Shown: piece by piece, positions 26,951 through 41,350 of the stretch
How the letters are laid out: each line of letters starts with the position of its first letter
Numbering within the stretch: position 1 is the first letter of the stretch
NCBI GenBank assembly: GCA_973895155.1
Contig: OZ316896.1
Span: forward strand, 6,190,166-6,254,165
Source: Marsupella aquatica
Lineage: Eukaryota > Plantae > Marchantiophyta
Direction: 5' to 3'
Length of the DNA stretch: 64,000 nucleotides
Notes under the pieces: generated by a model
Seen by the model: the letters and a program-made list of their open reading frames with translations, nothing else
The model's database searches: none
What the model was told of the DNA's origin: nothing
Position numbers and translations under genes: made by a program

Positions 26951-27824
26951 ACACTGGGTTTAAAACAACACCGGATTAAGGCTCCCCAACTTTCTTGGGG
27001 GCCTGTACCCTACCTGTCCCATTGAAAGTTGATGCCCTCAAGCTCGGTTGACCGTCAATCACCGTTCTGGCGGACTTTAAACTCACTAGCCCCGGATCTG
27101 TCAACGGACGGAAAAATTCTGTCCTTTTTGAATTCGCCGCCCTTTAGGCCACTACCCACACGTGCCTCTCACCCGTGTGTCTCACTCCGTTTTATTCCCT
27201 TGTTGTCACTCTCAGCTTTTGTCATTGTCAGGCCACGCTTCTGAAAATACCTGATGTGCAACACATAACACACTTATGTGTTCTGTCATCGTCATATTTT
27301 CATGTGCGCAAGCATTCTGCCCAAAGTTTATGCGCACAAGAGCTATTGTTTCTTGTCCTCCCATGCTATCAACACATGCAATTCTGCCTTTTCACTTAAG
27401 AATGTGGGTCAGGTGGCAGCCAAAGAGACTACTTGCTCACTGCGACCTGCACCGGCAAGAGAGAAATTTGAGCAGCGACATAACGGTCCCACAATAGCAC
27501 CCTGAACAGCACAAGAAAGCTCCAAAGCTTGAAAATGAAAATAGAGCGGTTTGACATAAAACAGAGAGGACAGGTGAGAAGGCAAGGCGCATAGGCTTGA
27601 GGTGGCTCCCCGGGTGGGTCGTGCCCTAAAGGGGGGAAATTTTGAAAAGGACAAAAAATTCTCATCCTTTGACGGATTGGGAGCTAGTGAGTTTAGAGTC
27701 CTCCATAATAGTGATCAACGTTCAAGTGGGCTTGTGGGCAACAACTTTGGGATTTGGGACAGGCAGAGTACAGGGCCCCAAGAAGGTTGGGGAGCCTTAA
27801 TGCAATGTTGATTTAACCCGGTGT
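26951..27824. mobile_element. Non-autonomous Mutator-like (MULE) element or MITE with long TIRs
   Basis: Diverged TIRs of more than 200 bp (ACACTGGGTT...ATTAAGGCTCCCCAAC...AAACTCACTAGC versus its reverse complement at ~27610-27824). Flanks are GATGTCCTA (26942-26950) and GATGCCCGA (27825-27833), a 7/9-matching 9-bp TSD. Confidence 0.8.
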
Positions 27825-28658
27825 GATGCCCGAGGGGATCCGCTGGCTTCTAGGGTACATGTAAATGTGTTAGCTTGTAATCTATGCCAAGGTAGAGAGG
27901 TACTTTCTCTATTACTGCAAGTTACCTAGTTTTGCAGTAACCTGGTTATCAGAGATCCTCCACAATAATCACCCACCTTCCTATTGTCTTTGGGTTGTTG
28001 TGATGGGGAGACTAACTTTAGCAGATCAAAGGTCAGAATAAAACAAAACATAAATCTGATGGTCGAGGCAATCAGCTGCATACCCAATTTGTTAAGCTGA
28101 TTGCCAACCTTGTAGACAGCATTGTGTTGCATCACCCATACATGTAAACAAGGTTGTAGAATTAGCTTATCATAAAATCAGCCTTTAGGGTGTTCATAGG
28201 TGTGGAAGTAAAGGGGAGGTCACTATGATCTGGAGGTTTTGAGGTAAAAAGCATGTATAGCAAAATTGATGGCTGCCAGGCCGTAGAGAGACAAGTCTAG
28301 GACAAGTCTATACCAGCCAGGCCAGGTATTGTGCAAGCAGTAGCCTAAAATTGATATATGCCAAGTGCAATATATACCTTACCTTCATTAAGCAGCAATA
28401 CCTTATTGCAGTAGGTAATATATCTATGCACTGTGTGCACCCCTTTGTATTGTAGTTAATTAGATATTTCAAACTTCCTTAGAGCATGCCAACCGGACGC
28501 ACTAATCAGTCGCCTGGTAAGTGTTTGGCCTCAAGGGTGGTGCAATGGGGACTATGATCCCCACCAGACCTCGGTCAGACCACTGTTTCAAACCACCATA
28601 TTTTGGCACACATGCAGCAATGTTGCAACTTTGGCAAACACATTCTGACAGCTTGGAA

Positions 28659-29003
28659 TGTTGAGCATAGACGACAATCGCAACGGCAAGCCCATGAACC
28701 ATCTAACGCACAAGAGTTGACACAGAGAGATACGTGGTTCACCTCCACATGAGGCTACGTCCACGGGAACACACATGAGCTTTACTGCACTCTAGGCCGA
28801 CCGGCCATACCAAGCATCCACAGCGCAAGCTCTCTCTATCTCTCAACTAGCTCCGTAACAATGAGCCTGAGTTCCCACTCTCCAAGCAAACACCGCTTGG
28901 TTATAGAGTGTGCATAGCATGACTAACCTAACCAAGTGTGCGACTAAGGTTAACCTTAATTACGGTACAGTCGTAACTCTAAACCTAAGAGTAAATCCTA
29001 ACA
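28659..29003 (+). mobile_element. LTR-like sequence (TG...CA), copy A
   Basis: Starts TGTTGAGCA, ends CCTAACA, followed by TGG; contains the GAGATACGTGGTTCACC core also seen at 46.8 and 47.0 kb. Confidence 0.6.
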
Positions 29004-29115
29004 TGGAAAGCTAGATCTCTGTAACTAGTTCCCATCATGGTCATTTGTTTTGGCACACTTGGAGGGTGATGGGTGGGGCAGGGTTCCATGTCCCCTTGCC
29101 ACTCATGAGACACCA

Positions 29116-29419
29116 TGTTAAAAGTCTTATTAGACATTTACTCTTAGGTCTAGAGTTACGATTGTAATCGTAATTAGAGCTAACCTTAGTTGTAAACTTG
29201 GTTAGATTGGTTATGTTCCACACTATATACCCAAGGAGTGTTTGTCTGGAAAGGAGGAACTCAGGCCTGCTCATTGTTATGGAGGAGCCGGTCTAGAGGC
29301 GCTTATGTATTGTACTGGAGATAACTTTTGCTGAGATGAACCATGTATTTCTCTCTTTCCACATCTTGTGAGGTGGATAATCATGGGCTTGCCATTACTA
29401 ATCTAATCTTTGCTCAACA
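29116..29419 (-). mobile_element. LTR-like sequence, copy B, inverted relative to copy A
   Basis: The reverse complement starts TGTTGAGCA, ends TTTTAACA and is followed by TGGTGTCTCATGAG; it aligns with copy A throughout. Confidence 0.6.
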
Positions 29420-30380
29420 AGTCTATATTTGCTAGTAGTGCATTGGGAATACCTTGACCGACAAATGCTTGTAGCAGTGTAAAGTTCGATTACTATTATG
29501 GCTTTTCTGCTCACCTGGTCCCGGCTGCCCTGGTGGCACCTTAGATCTTTCCCTTGATCGTCCTGTGAGACTCCTATTGTTTTCATTGAGCTAAATTCTG
29601 ATTTTCAAGGCCATAATACTGACTTTCCTTTTGAAGTGCATTGATTGTTGTTTAAGAAGTGAAGACACGAACAAACAGGAGAAGGTCATTTTGGCTTTGC
29701 GCTATTTGGTTGGGTGTCCTGCGCAAACCGGAATGTCAATACTGTAGTCTTGGCGCAGGAGCGGCACGTCACCTCTCGTTGTGAGCTCTCTCTTCTCACT
29801 GTCTTTGGGAGCGCTCGTTCGATTCGACAATTATTAGTTTGCAAGTACAATAGTAGGTTAAAGCATGCTGTTGAAGCGCAATCTAAGCTTGTCTAAATCC
29901 TGTATCGTTCAAGTCCTTCGCAAGCAGGTCGAAGCATTTTCTCAAGCTCTCTCAAAGAATTTTAAGCTCGATCTACTTACACTCTCACTCTGTATCGGTT
30001 TCGTTTGCTCTACTACATTAGGTTTAAGCATTTTTGTCGGAACTGAGCACTTTAGAAGCACTCTGTCTGTGCACGGGCTTTTCGACTATCAGTGATTTTT
30101 GTATTTTTTAAAAGTTCATGTGGTAAGATTTATGCTTGTGCAGTTCACTTGAACGTCTCTGCCGCAATCGAGACTTCCGGTTATCATGGTCTCACAAGCA
30201 ACTGACAAAAGTCAAGAACACGGTCCGGTTTTTTCCCTGTCCCGTGCGATTTCTTCCTGCGGACGGAAGGACGAACAACACTTGCGGTAGGGAGAGCCGT
30301 CAGTTCTCAGGGAAAAAAATTCCGAAGGCTAGCTACTGTACTATATCTAAGCTTGTGCTGCCACAGATTTGGCTAGCTTC

Positions 30381-33300
30381 ATGGCCCGCCCTGCAGCTGG
30401 TGACATTAACAGCGCAGTGTTAGATGGTACGGATGGAGACGACGAGCTTGACGATGAGGAAGATGATGCAGAAGAAGAAGAGGAAGAGGGATCTACCGAA
30501 GGAGAGGAGCCAAGGTTGAAATACCAGAGGATGGGAGGCAGTGTCCCATCTTTACTTTCAGGCGATGCTGCATCGTGCCTCACGGTGGCGGAGCGTATAA
30601 TTGCTCTAGGAACCCATGATGGCACCGTTCATCTGCTGGACTACCAAGGGAATCAGGTAAAATTAGAATTCCTCCCTTAGCGATTAAAGGCCTTAGTACT
30701 TATCCCGCAATTTTGTAAATTCTCTCCTTTAAGTCTTAAGACTTCTGCCTGAGGCGCGCCACATCTCGCCCTGGGTACATATGAAGGAACTGTTTCTACT
30801 CGACCACCAACTGAATGACTTCTCTGGTTCATCCCACTCAACTCTCATACAGAAGGCATTCTCTCTTTGCAAACTTTCTCTATTAGGACGGCAAACTAGT
30901 TTGTATGCCACAGAAATTGGCCATGTCATCTTCTTGTCGCCACCCATGTCCTGAAGTGGGCCTTCTCTGTCTTCATAAATTGACTCCAAACAGCAAATGC
31001 GGATCAAAAAAAATTATGGTCCTTTCAATCTTGGGCCCAACCATCCAATCCCTAGGACCTCAAGCCTCTAGATCGTTGAAATGACAAGTCTGTGGTAGCG
31101 GGGATTCGGATTATTGGCCTCAAAAACACGGATATGAGCTTTACCTTACAAATACTTTCCACTAGAGTTTTCTTATTTCCGATTACGGAGACGACGCTTA
31201 AATCTTTTTTATAGCTCTAACTACGACTTCTCCAGCTTGAGCCGCCTATCAAGGCTAAAAGCTCATTCAGAGCACGATCCATTCGGCTAGTGGTGAGAGC
31301 CTTCAATATTGACTGGCTTGAAGGCGATCTACATGGCCCTGTCAGAATTGAAGCTGTGAATTTAATTTACCCGGAAAAGTTCGTCAGATCGATTAATGTG
31401 GATCTGTTGATGTTTGTCTCCTGTACCCCAAACCGTCGGGTACACGTACAAGCAGAGCCCGTAAACCCCGTCCCTTCAAATTTTCCAGAACCTGCTGTCG
31501 TTAGACCAAAATTTGAAAGAAATATCATCTAACGGCTTACTGACCAATCCGATTGGCTCTCAGTTGATGCAAGAGTCTTTCCAGACCCAAGGGGTTTACT
31601 AATTGACTTAAGGAATGTGGGCAAAAATGATCTTCCATGGAAGGTACCGCACTGAAGGCGGTTTTCGTGAAGCCTTCATTGAGTCCAAGAAGTAGAAGTC
31701 GCTCTTTCATTTCACTCAAGGGTGGCAAAACATGCAGTATTGGTCAGGCTACAGTACAGCAATATGTTCCTTATATATACAGTTCATTTTATGAACCTCC
31801 CTGAAATTTGTGATATTTTCCGGCTGTAGAGTATTAGCATTGCCTTCTGCCTTTGTTGACTGTTCAGGACAGGTTAAGATATCGTTAAACATTCAGATTT
31901 TTGGACTAGGCAGGAGATTAGATGCCCATAATAACATGCGCAAGTGCTTCGTGGCTTATTGCAGGTGAAACAGTTTGCAGCTCATGATTCGAGAGTGAAC
32001 GAGTTAAGCTTTGATTCAGAGGGTGAGTACATTGGGAGCTGCTCAGATGACGGCTCAGTGGTCATCAATAGTTTGTACACGGATGAGATGGTGAAGTATG
32101 AGTACCACAGACCCATGAAGTCTGTTGCATTAGATCCCGATTATTCCAGAAAATCAACGATGCAGTTTGCTGCCGGAGGCCTTGCAGGGCAGCTTATCTT
32201 CAATACCAAAGGATGGCTTGGATCACGGGATCAGGTGCCAATCCTTGCCCTGCTGTCAATCAGGGAGTTTGTTAGTTGTTGAACCTTTATTTATATACTT
32301 ATCCACGTCTATTAGCTACACGACATTGTCACTTAGAGGCTTGTAGAGGCTGCCATCAATCATATTAAACAGGCACCTGATCTCTACGTCTGTCATTGAT
32401 TTCAGGTGTTGCATTCCGGAGAGGGTCCTGTGCATGCAGTGAAGTGGAGAACCAGTCTTATTGCATGGGCAAATGATGCTGGAGTGAAAGTGTATGACAC
32501 AGGAACTCATCAACGCATAACTTTCATTGGTCGACCCCGCGGCAGTCCCCCAGCTGAATCATTGCGGCCTCACTTAGTTTGGCAGGTTGACAGCAATTAG
32601 ATTCTCTTGCCGAATTTTATTTCTCAATTCGTGGGTTTTGGCTAATGTTCCCTCGCAAGTAAAAATTGGGGATACTCCTTATATGTCTTGGTGATGTCAG
32701 GATGATGTAGTTCTTCTGATTGGATGGGCCAACTACGTCAAAATCGCTGCGGTGAGAACAAAAGATGCGAGGGGACAAGGATGGAAAGGCGCAGGATCCA
32801 AATACGTCGAGATTGTGGCTGTTTTCCAAACTGAGTATTACATATCTGGGCTTGCTCCCTACGGAGACTCCCTTGTTGTGCTAGCATACATTCCTGAGAA
32901 TGCAGAGGGCTCAGTTGAAGCTGCTGCAGCTGCGAACGTATTTCAATCTCAGCAGGTAGCTAATGTATGGCTGCCTTGCATTCAAATAGCTGTGTAGTAC
33001 GGAGAGTTGTCCTTTTCGTTGTTCCATTTCATAAATCAACATGAGGATGTACGTGCATTTTAAGCCGGATACTGGAAATTACAGTTTTCAGTACTTTTTC
33101 AGGTGAATTGTAATAAGCTGTTTTAGCAGGGACGTCACAGGGTATGCATTAAGTATGCATTAGTGTGAAAACTCAGATGTGCCATTTTATTCCGGCAAGG
33201 CAGGGACAAGCACACCGGCCAGAAGTGCGAATATTGACCTGGCAGAATGAGGAACTAGCAACTGATGCTCTATCTATCCATGGCTACGAGCATTACAGGG

Positions 33301-36300
33301 CCAAGGATTATGTGCTTGCTTATGCTCCGTTCTCAGGTAGAGGTTTTTGTAACCATTTTCTTGTACAACGCGATAAGAGTCAGAGGTTCATTTTCAGTAG
33401 TGAGTTGGGAGAAAGAGCTGGAACCTGATGCGGTCTTCATCATCGTGATGAAAATCTGAGGTTTAGGAATCATGTGCGTGCGTATCTCCGGTTGTCTGGT
33501 AACTTCATCGTGTCCTAGGAAGAACATGAGTTATTGCGAGGGAAGGGACCCAGGGGGCCGTGTTTGTCTAGTGTGCAGAACCAAATTATGCTGAATAGCG
33601 AGGCGTTTGAGAAGCGACTTTATAACTAATATTATGTGTCCATAGGGAGCAGCAGTGCAGGAGGTCAATGGGCTGAAGGGTTTGAGCCTCTATACTACAT
33701 TGTCTCCCCCAAGGATGTGGTTATTGGCCGACCAAGGTCTGGTGGCTGTCAAATATTCTGTTTTTGTTCATCGTAGCAATACTAGACGATGAAGCCTGCC
33801 TTATGCTTTGCTTTTGTTCTCCACAATCTTGGCAAGGGACGTGGGTGGTGTCCTTGAGCCCGCCCGCCCTCGAGTAAGACAGTGTATGTAGAATCTGCTC
33901 TATGATTCGTGCATTGCAGGCGACATTTGTGTTTATTTTGTAAGATAATTAGTTGCCGTATGTGAATCTCTATCTTGCCGAGTGTCATAGCAGCTGTTGT
34001 GGGCCTGTACTTGATAAATGCTCTATTAGGGACGCAGAGGACCATGTAGCCTGGCTCCTTCAGCACGGTTGGCACGAGAAGGCTCTAGAGGCGGTAGAAG
34101 CTGGTACAGGCCGAACGGAACTTATGGAAGAGGTACTTTCACGATTACATCAGACTGTCCCACGTAAAGTCTAGCTCAAATGTGTGCTCTTCATTCATTA
34201 CTCACGTGTCTTTTGCCTCTACTTAGGCTGATGTTGGACCCATTCACATTGGAAGCACATTGGAAGCTGTTTCACTAAAAGTTCAACTGTTTGTTGTCTT
34301 GTGACCTTGATCTAGGTTGGGTCAAAATATTTGGACCATCTAGTGCTGGAACGTCAGTATGCGCAGGCTGCTTCTCTTTGTCCAAAGCTTCTACGAGGTT
34401 CAGCAGCAGCTTGGGAGAGGTCAGTATTGACTGTCATTTTAGAGAGTAAGGTCTTTAATGATGCACAAGAAGCAGACTGTAACTTGGGTCGTCTGTGACA
34501 GGTGGGTTTTTCATTTTGCTCATTTGCGGCAGCTTCCTGTCCTGGCACCTTACATTCCCACCAGCAATCCCCAACTTAGAGACACCGTCTATGAGGTGAG
34601 TGTTTTAGAGTCTTACGTGACAGATAATAGATAGGTTTTCTTTTTGTGAAATACTCATCAGAATGAAACACCCCGTCCACCTCTCTATACATCCATTGTT
34701 CTATGATAATATTTGGGACCACAATATTCTGCCTTCTAGGGATAGTGTGCTCAAATTCTTAAATTGGTCCAGCAATTTTCTAATGAAGTGAGAAGAATGT
34801 TTAAAGACATTTTGAGTAACAAAGGGTTCAATTTGTACCGCAGGTGGTTCTCAATGCTCTTCTAACAAACCCGGCTTATCATGGGCTGTTGCTCAAAACT
34901 ATCCGAAGTTGGCCTCCGAATTTGTACTCACATTCAGCCATAATTACAGCTATACAATTACAGCTAAGCACGAGTTCAAAAACTGACGCGTTGAAAGAGG
35001 TGAGTGTACTAGTATGATACTTTCAGTTAATTATAGGTTCACATTGACGCCTATTGCAAGCTTTGGTTCTGTTGCCTCGTAACGTGACAGTCCTTAGATG
35101 TTCTAATTCCCTGGGCTTGACGAACCTTTTTTGATGCAGGCCCTTGGGGAATTCTACGTAATGGATGGAGAGTACAATAAGGGTTTTGCGATATTTGTAG
35201 AGGTGATTATTGTTGATTTTTAGGTGCAAAATAAGCTACCCTCAAAATTGAGTCCAAACTGTCTTGACAGACTCTTTGATTGTACGTGTCCGACACAGGT
35301 TCATAAATTGTCTGATACCCGCCTAGTTTGAATGAAGCGGATATTTCCAATTCTTAAGGAAGAGTGTTTCGTATCACGTTGTCAAAATCTATCTCATATA
35401 ATTTGCATGTGACAGCTAGGGAAGCCAGATGTTTTTCAGTTCATTGAGGATCACGATCTACACGATGCTGTTCATGATAAGGTTAGTTCCTGTTCATCGA
35501 GTATGTTTTTGCGTTGCTACCCTGGATCTCCAGTAATAGTCCGGTTGTCTCTATGTGAACGGAAGAAAAAAATAAGGAAAGGAAAAGAAAAGAAAGAAAA
35601 GGGAACAGAAGGTGTCTCCGAACACAGTAATGAAAAGTAGATGAGTAATTGAGACTTGGAAAATGTTTTAGTTCTGTAGGCCACAAAAGTAGAGCTTGCA
35701 GATCTGATTCAAGGAGATAGACCTCTCTGTATCTACAGCTTCTGGATGTGTAGGGGAAGGAGATTTCCTGCAGACTCTCAACCACTCACACAGCCTACAG
35801 ATTAAGAACCTAAGCACAAACTGATGCCCAATCTTGTTTGAATTCCAGGTTGTTCCTTTGGTAAGGCTAGATGCAAAGAGGACAGTTTCTCTTTTGATCC
35901 AACAAAGTAAGAGCATAACTGCTGCAGAGGTGGTGAGTCAACTCCGGAAGTCAGGAAATGACCAAAGGTTTTTACTTCATTCCTACTTACATGCCTTATT
36001 CGAGAAGGATCCAAATGCAGGCAAAGAATTCCACAATCTGCAGGTACTCTAATAACGCTGTTTTTTTGCGAGTAATGCGTAAACATTATCTACTTTTTTC
36101 TGTTGTCTTGGGATATTATTGACTGTTCACAAAATCATCCGGCCAATTGGTTAGATTCTCTGAAATGATTGTTTTGTTAGGCTTATTTTCTTTCAAATTG
36201 TGTAGGGTGAGTTGCCTGCTCGCTGCTGTTTGGGGAATCCCATCTCATTCTAGTGTGCAGGTCGAGTTGTATGCAGAGTTTGAGCCTCGACTGCTCCTCC

Positions 36301-38407
36301 CATTTTTGCGAAGCAGTCAACATTTTAATCTGGATAAGGTGATTGAAGTGTTTTCTGGTTGGGAAGGTCATCAATGATTCGTAGTAGCTTCAAGTGCTGC
36401 AAGCTTTTGGAAACAGTTGCTAGATGACAACTAATCTGTGGCAGAGGTCCTGAATAATGACCAGGCGGGACAGCTAGGAGCAAATACGGGGTTATAGTTC
36501 CTGACACTAGAAATCTGTTTTCCCCTGAAGTACGGAGTAGCCTGAAGCTTCCAGTTTCTTAATTGTTTTCATAAATGTGATTGTGTCGAGGGTCTCAGGA
36601 TGAATCTCTTATTTAAACGAGATATCAAGGCGTAATCGCGTAAGGACATGGAAAGGTGCATCAGTTGATTGTTTGACAAGTAGTGCATAAAACAGTGCAT
36701 GAGTCAAAATTGATACGCAACCTGTTTGGCTTCGCGTATTTCTCTCAGGCTTATGATATTTGCACAAAGAGAGGGTTAACGAGGGAGAGAGTCTTCTTGC
36801 TAGGGAGAATGGGCAACGTCAAAGAGGCACTTGGCCTGATCATCAACGAGCTAAAGGATGTTCAGGAGGTCAAACTCGTCCTTTGCCTGTCTTTGAATTT
36901 TGTTTAAGGCTTTCAATATCGATTCTTCTACTCGTGAAGAAAGTCATTTTAGCAGAGCTTATATTCTTAATGCAGGCAGTTAAATTCATTGGTGCTCAAC
37001 ACGACGAGGATTTGTGGGAGGAGCTCATTAATCAGAGTTTGAAACATCCAGATATGGTCAGTGGATGCTGGAGAGTGTTACTGCGATTGTTGTTTGGTCT
37101 TTAACACTTTTGCAAAGCAAACTTTTACTAGTTTCATCTAACGCTTGTGCAAGTACACATTTTGTTAACCACATCACCGGAGTTGCAGGTTGGTGCACTT
37201 CTGGAGCATACCGTGGGAAACATCGATCCTCTACATCTTGTACTCAAAGTTCCACTGGGGCTTCCTATTCCACGGTAGTTGATCTGAACAAATATTGGTT
37301 CTGCCTTGCTTAACATCCCTTTACATAGTTGCATTTGCATAGGATGTAACTTTCATCGAGGAAAATCTAAATCTGATCGTCGAGTCGATCTGAACATAAC
37401 AGGCATGTTGTGATCTGGTTCCAAATCTGTAGGTTGAGGGACAGGTTGGTGAAGATTATTACTGATTATCGAACTGAGACGTCTCTCAGGGAGGATTGCA
37501 TGAAGATTTTGAAGGTTTGTGCACTGTTTGTTGTTAAACTTTGATCCATCCGTTGCTGGTATTTAAGGTGTTGCCTGCGCGTAAGCACGCTTTCTTATCA
37601 CTTCTGGTTTAATTTTGAGATGAGATAGGATGTCCTTGTATTATAGATTATTGATCTTCCTGTTGGACTAGCTAGCAGGACTGTACCCCTTTACTGTCAA
37701 ACAGAGTAGACAGAGTAGGGACGCCTCAGTTAGGGTAGCGAAAACGTCTTTCAGGGCTCAAAGCTGTTTTGCTTTCTAAAATTAAAAAATTGCACAGTTA
37801 GCTAAGTTCTTTCAGATTTTGGACTACTAATAGCTTGATTCGTGGCCATCTGTGGCAGGCTGATTGTGTTGACCTACTGGTGAGATATTACGATGAAGCT
37901 CGCCATGCTATTCGAGTGGGAGGTGCAGAAAAGGGAGAGGAGGCTGGAGAGGTAGGTGGGGAGGCTGTGAAGCTAGGCCCAGCCTTGGGAAGGGCTGGAA
38001 GTGGAATCCAACGAGGCATCAAGACTGGACGAATTTCTTCCAGTGTTAGTGGAAGTGGTCGCTGTTGCATATGTCTGGATCCTGTTGCTCTGCAAAATGT
38101 TGCTGTGGTTGCATTTTTCTGCTCTCACGCTTACCACGTTACCTGCCTCAATGATACATCAGGTATCCGCTCAAAAGCATCAGATAAGAACAAGAAAGAG
38201 TCTGAGAAAGATCTTGCATTTCGAATTGGCCAAGGTATCGGGAGCTTGTATGAACAAGCAGATGACGATGAAGATGAGGAAGAGTCCGATTTCCCTCGCA
38301 TGCGGTGTATTTTGTGTACAACAGCCTCCGAAAAGTACCAGTCCAAGGGCAATCAGAAGAAGAAATCTTCAGTTCCAACAACTGGGAATGGTTGGGGTGG
38401 GTCTTGA
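30381..38407 (+). CDS. VPS41: Vacuolar protein sorting 41 (HOPS subunit): WD40 propeller, clathrin repeat, C-terminal RING-H2
   Basis: 19 GT-AG exons: 30381-30656, 31965-32234, 32406-32585, 32701-32955, 33204-33336, 33646-33736, 34030-34132, 34316-34419, 34502-34595, 34844-34999, 35140-35202, 35416-35481, 35849-36043, 36261-36338, 36749-36868, 36976-37056, 37189-37274, 37433-37514, 37859-38407. Signatures: acidic N-terminus then EPRLKYQRMGGS, IALGTHDG, HSGEGPVHAVKW, DAEDHVAWLLQHGWHEKAL, LLPFLRSSQH, CCICLDP...FFCSHAYHVTC. Confidence 0.97.
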
Positions 38408-39269
38408 TAGCAACAAGAGTAATGGCTACAAGTTTGAGGTTTTGTTGTGACTATTGCAGGAGCATTTTTTATGATGTAATAATAATGGGACTAAATGTTC
38501 TCTTGGTGTCAATTTCTATAAGTGATTCGAGAGATCACCTTTTTCTTCTTGAGAAGAGATCCACACCCTCAAACAAGAGTGATGGTCATGGGGACTGATC
38601 TTAGTGCACCAAATGGCTTTGCTCATAGTTGATCGAAATGGCTCTCCACAAATCATGTACACTATCGAATGAGCCGAGGTTTATACAGGGAACGATAGAA
38701 CCAGTGATGTAGACTCACAAGGTTTGTATTGTCCGTGGGCAATTTAATTGAATAAAAGAAAAGCAGGTCTGTCCTGGTGGTTGTCTGGCTACACGGGCCG
38801 TTGGCAGTAACTGGGGAAGACTCATGGCAGCGTCGGGACAGTGGTCCTTCTTGGGTTTAAATTGAATTATTCTGCTAAGGTTGTCTAGCTATATCGGCCG
38901 TTGGCTGTAACTATGGAAGACCTTATGGCAGCGTCGGGGCAATGATCCTTCTTAAATTTCAATTGAATTTTGCTAAGGTCACTGAAGCTCTAGTTTCTAC
39001 ACAACCGATGTGGAGTTCTCCAAGAGAAATGATAGTGGTTCAAGAGGGCATAAATTTTAATGCACCAAATATTGCAACGTGTTGACCTCAGTTGAATCTC
39101 TCAAGGACTTCAATGTAAATGGGAGGCCATTTGAAATGAATCGGTAAAAGTTAAGACCATCCTGAAAGGCATATGAAGCTCGGATGGACTGACAGGTTTG
39201 CATTGAGATCATAAAGTCATCAGCCGATTTACATTAGAAGAAGAAGTGACTTGGTGCTTTTGGAATGAC

Positions 39270-41350
39270 AACTCACTTTTCTTTAGACTCAAAAAAATGA
39301 ATTGAAATTCATTCAAAAAGCCAACATACAAAAGGGTTGGCCCAGGGAGGGGTAGGCACCCAGGTAGGGGGTAGGCACCCAGATAGACCAAAGGTCATAA
39401 AGTCCAGAAGGCCGGGAAGCTGGCACCAGGAGAGATGAAAGACCAAAGATGGCAGCCAAACAAGAAGTTCAATTACGGCCGGGATGGACAATATTTCATA
39501 AGACTGGCCAGTGGACAGTGACCAGCAAGGTAATGAACAGTGAGTCTGCGATAGAGCAAAAGAAGTATCAGTCCTAGCTACAGCGCATCCTCAACTCCAG
39601 ATCAGCAAAGGAATTCATGGCGGTCTGGGACAAACAAGGGGTACTTGAATAACTTCATTGTGGAGTTCCCAGTCCGTCCATGTGCCGTAATCAAAAGACA
39701 CATCATTGGCATTTCAAAAGTGGATTTGCCAGCCCAAATTCTGGATATATGTCGAGCCCAGTCCTTACAAATGTAAACTCCCAAGTGGTGCCACATTTTC
39801 AAAATGACTCCCTGAGACGTGGATTGGGTGTGCTCGACCTATCTTTCCAAATTTTCCAGCAGACCACAGCCCTCAGATCAGACCAAAGTTTCGCTGGTAC
39901 ATCCCATTCCTATGACAATGGAACCTCAACTAGAATATGAACTGCCTGCAGGTGAATGATGTTATTCCTGGCAAAACAATATGCTGCAAGATGAATTGAA
40001 CCCAGAGCCGGACAGTCGATGAGATATGGCAGCTCCAAATGCAGGTGCACCAAGTCTTCCTCCTGACTAAGGTTACACCGAGGGAACCAAGTGAGGGGGT
40101 CGGTCGGAGGTGATTTTGGGAACCTCCATTGCTGGGTCGCAGGGATCCTGTATATCATCTGCCATAGAAAGCAGTTCTCATTTGCTTCCCTGAAAAAGAG
40201 CCAGGTGTTGGCCCATAAAACCTGGAGATTGGGTTGCCAATTCAGCTGGGCTGCCCATTTCCTAACCGCCTTGTGCACAGTCGTTTGGGAGTTGTTCTGA
40301 GTGGGCCCTGGATCTCTCTAAAATGTGCCATGCTAGTCTCCAGAAGGGGAATGCCATCATTCCATTGAATAAACCCCATGAAGATATCCTCAGGTCTTCT
40401 AATGCACTGCAAGGTCTCCAGAAGGGGGATGCCATCATTCCATTGAATAAGCCCCATGAATATCCTCAGGTCTTCCAATGCACTGCAAGGAGGAGGTTGC
40501 TGCCTTGTGGGACCAAATCACCACCTGATATAAGCCAATATCAGGTGGGGGAGCCGAGTTGTCATGTTACTTTTGAGAATGATGCCTTGAGTAATTTATC
40601 CAAGTGCCCTGACCAAGGATAAGTGCTGGTCTTCGATAATTTTAGAATTTTTGTTCAAGCTCAAATTCTACCAGCAAATGAGAGGGACGTCAGGAGTAAT
40701 CATAGCAACACTAATGGTAGCTTACTCATGATTGATTATAGCCCTGGGCAATGTCTTTGTCTATTTGACTTTAGGGAGGTGAGTAGCCTGTATGCTTGTT
40801 GTGCTGTGTCATTCTGTGGGCATTTTGGCAGGAGATAGGGCAGTAGCACCCACAATTGCATTGATAGAGATCCTGGCCACTTTTGGGAAGGACACCTTGT
40901 ATACTTTGGGCATGAGTGGCAAATTGCCACTTTTGTGAAGACACCTTTTTGAGTAGTTTGGGAATGTTCAATGACTTTTCACTTTTGTGAGGGCCTGAGT
41001 AGTTTGGGAATGAGAAGTGACTTCCAGGCAAAGTAATTGAAACAGGTTGCAAACCGTGAGCCCATTTACAAGCCCCAATTGCCACTCTTTATGATCCGTA
41101 ATGAACAGTTTTGAGGGGGCTGATCTGTAAAAGGTTTGAAGGGGCTGATCAAGCAAAGTATATCCAGGAAGGGGTCTATTAAGCATATCCCTCAACGCGC
41201 TATAGGTTTCCTGAGTAGCGAACCTTCCTGGCTCTACTGAACTTCGGTGTAACCTGGCTCTACTGAACTCAAGCTGTGCCAACGTAGAGCCAGGTCAGGA
41301 GCTGAACTTCGGTGTAACCTGGCTCTACTGAACTCAAGCTGTGCCAACGT
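39270..41350 (-). mobile_element. Degenerate non-LTR retrotransposon (LINE) 3' portion
   Basis: zf-RVT-like FLWQMIYRIPAT...WFPRCNLSQEEDLVHL in ORF 39910-40278, with further broken ORF fragments, multiple frameshifts and internal duplications (~40337-40490, 41236-41350). Confidence 0.7.
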
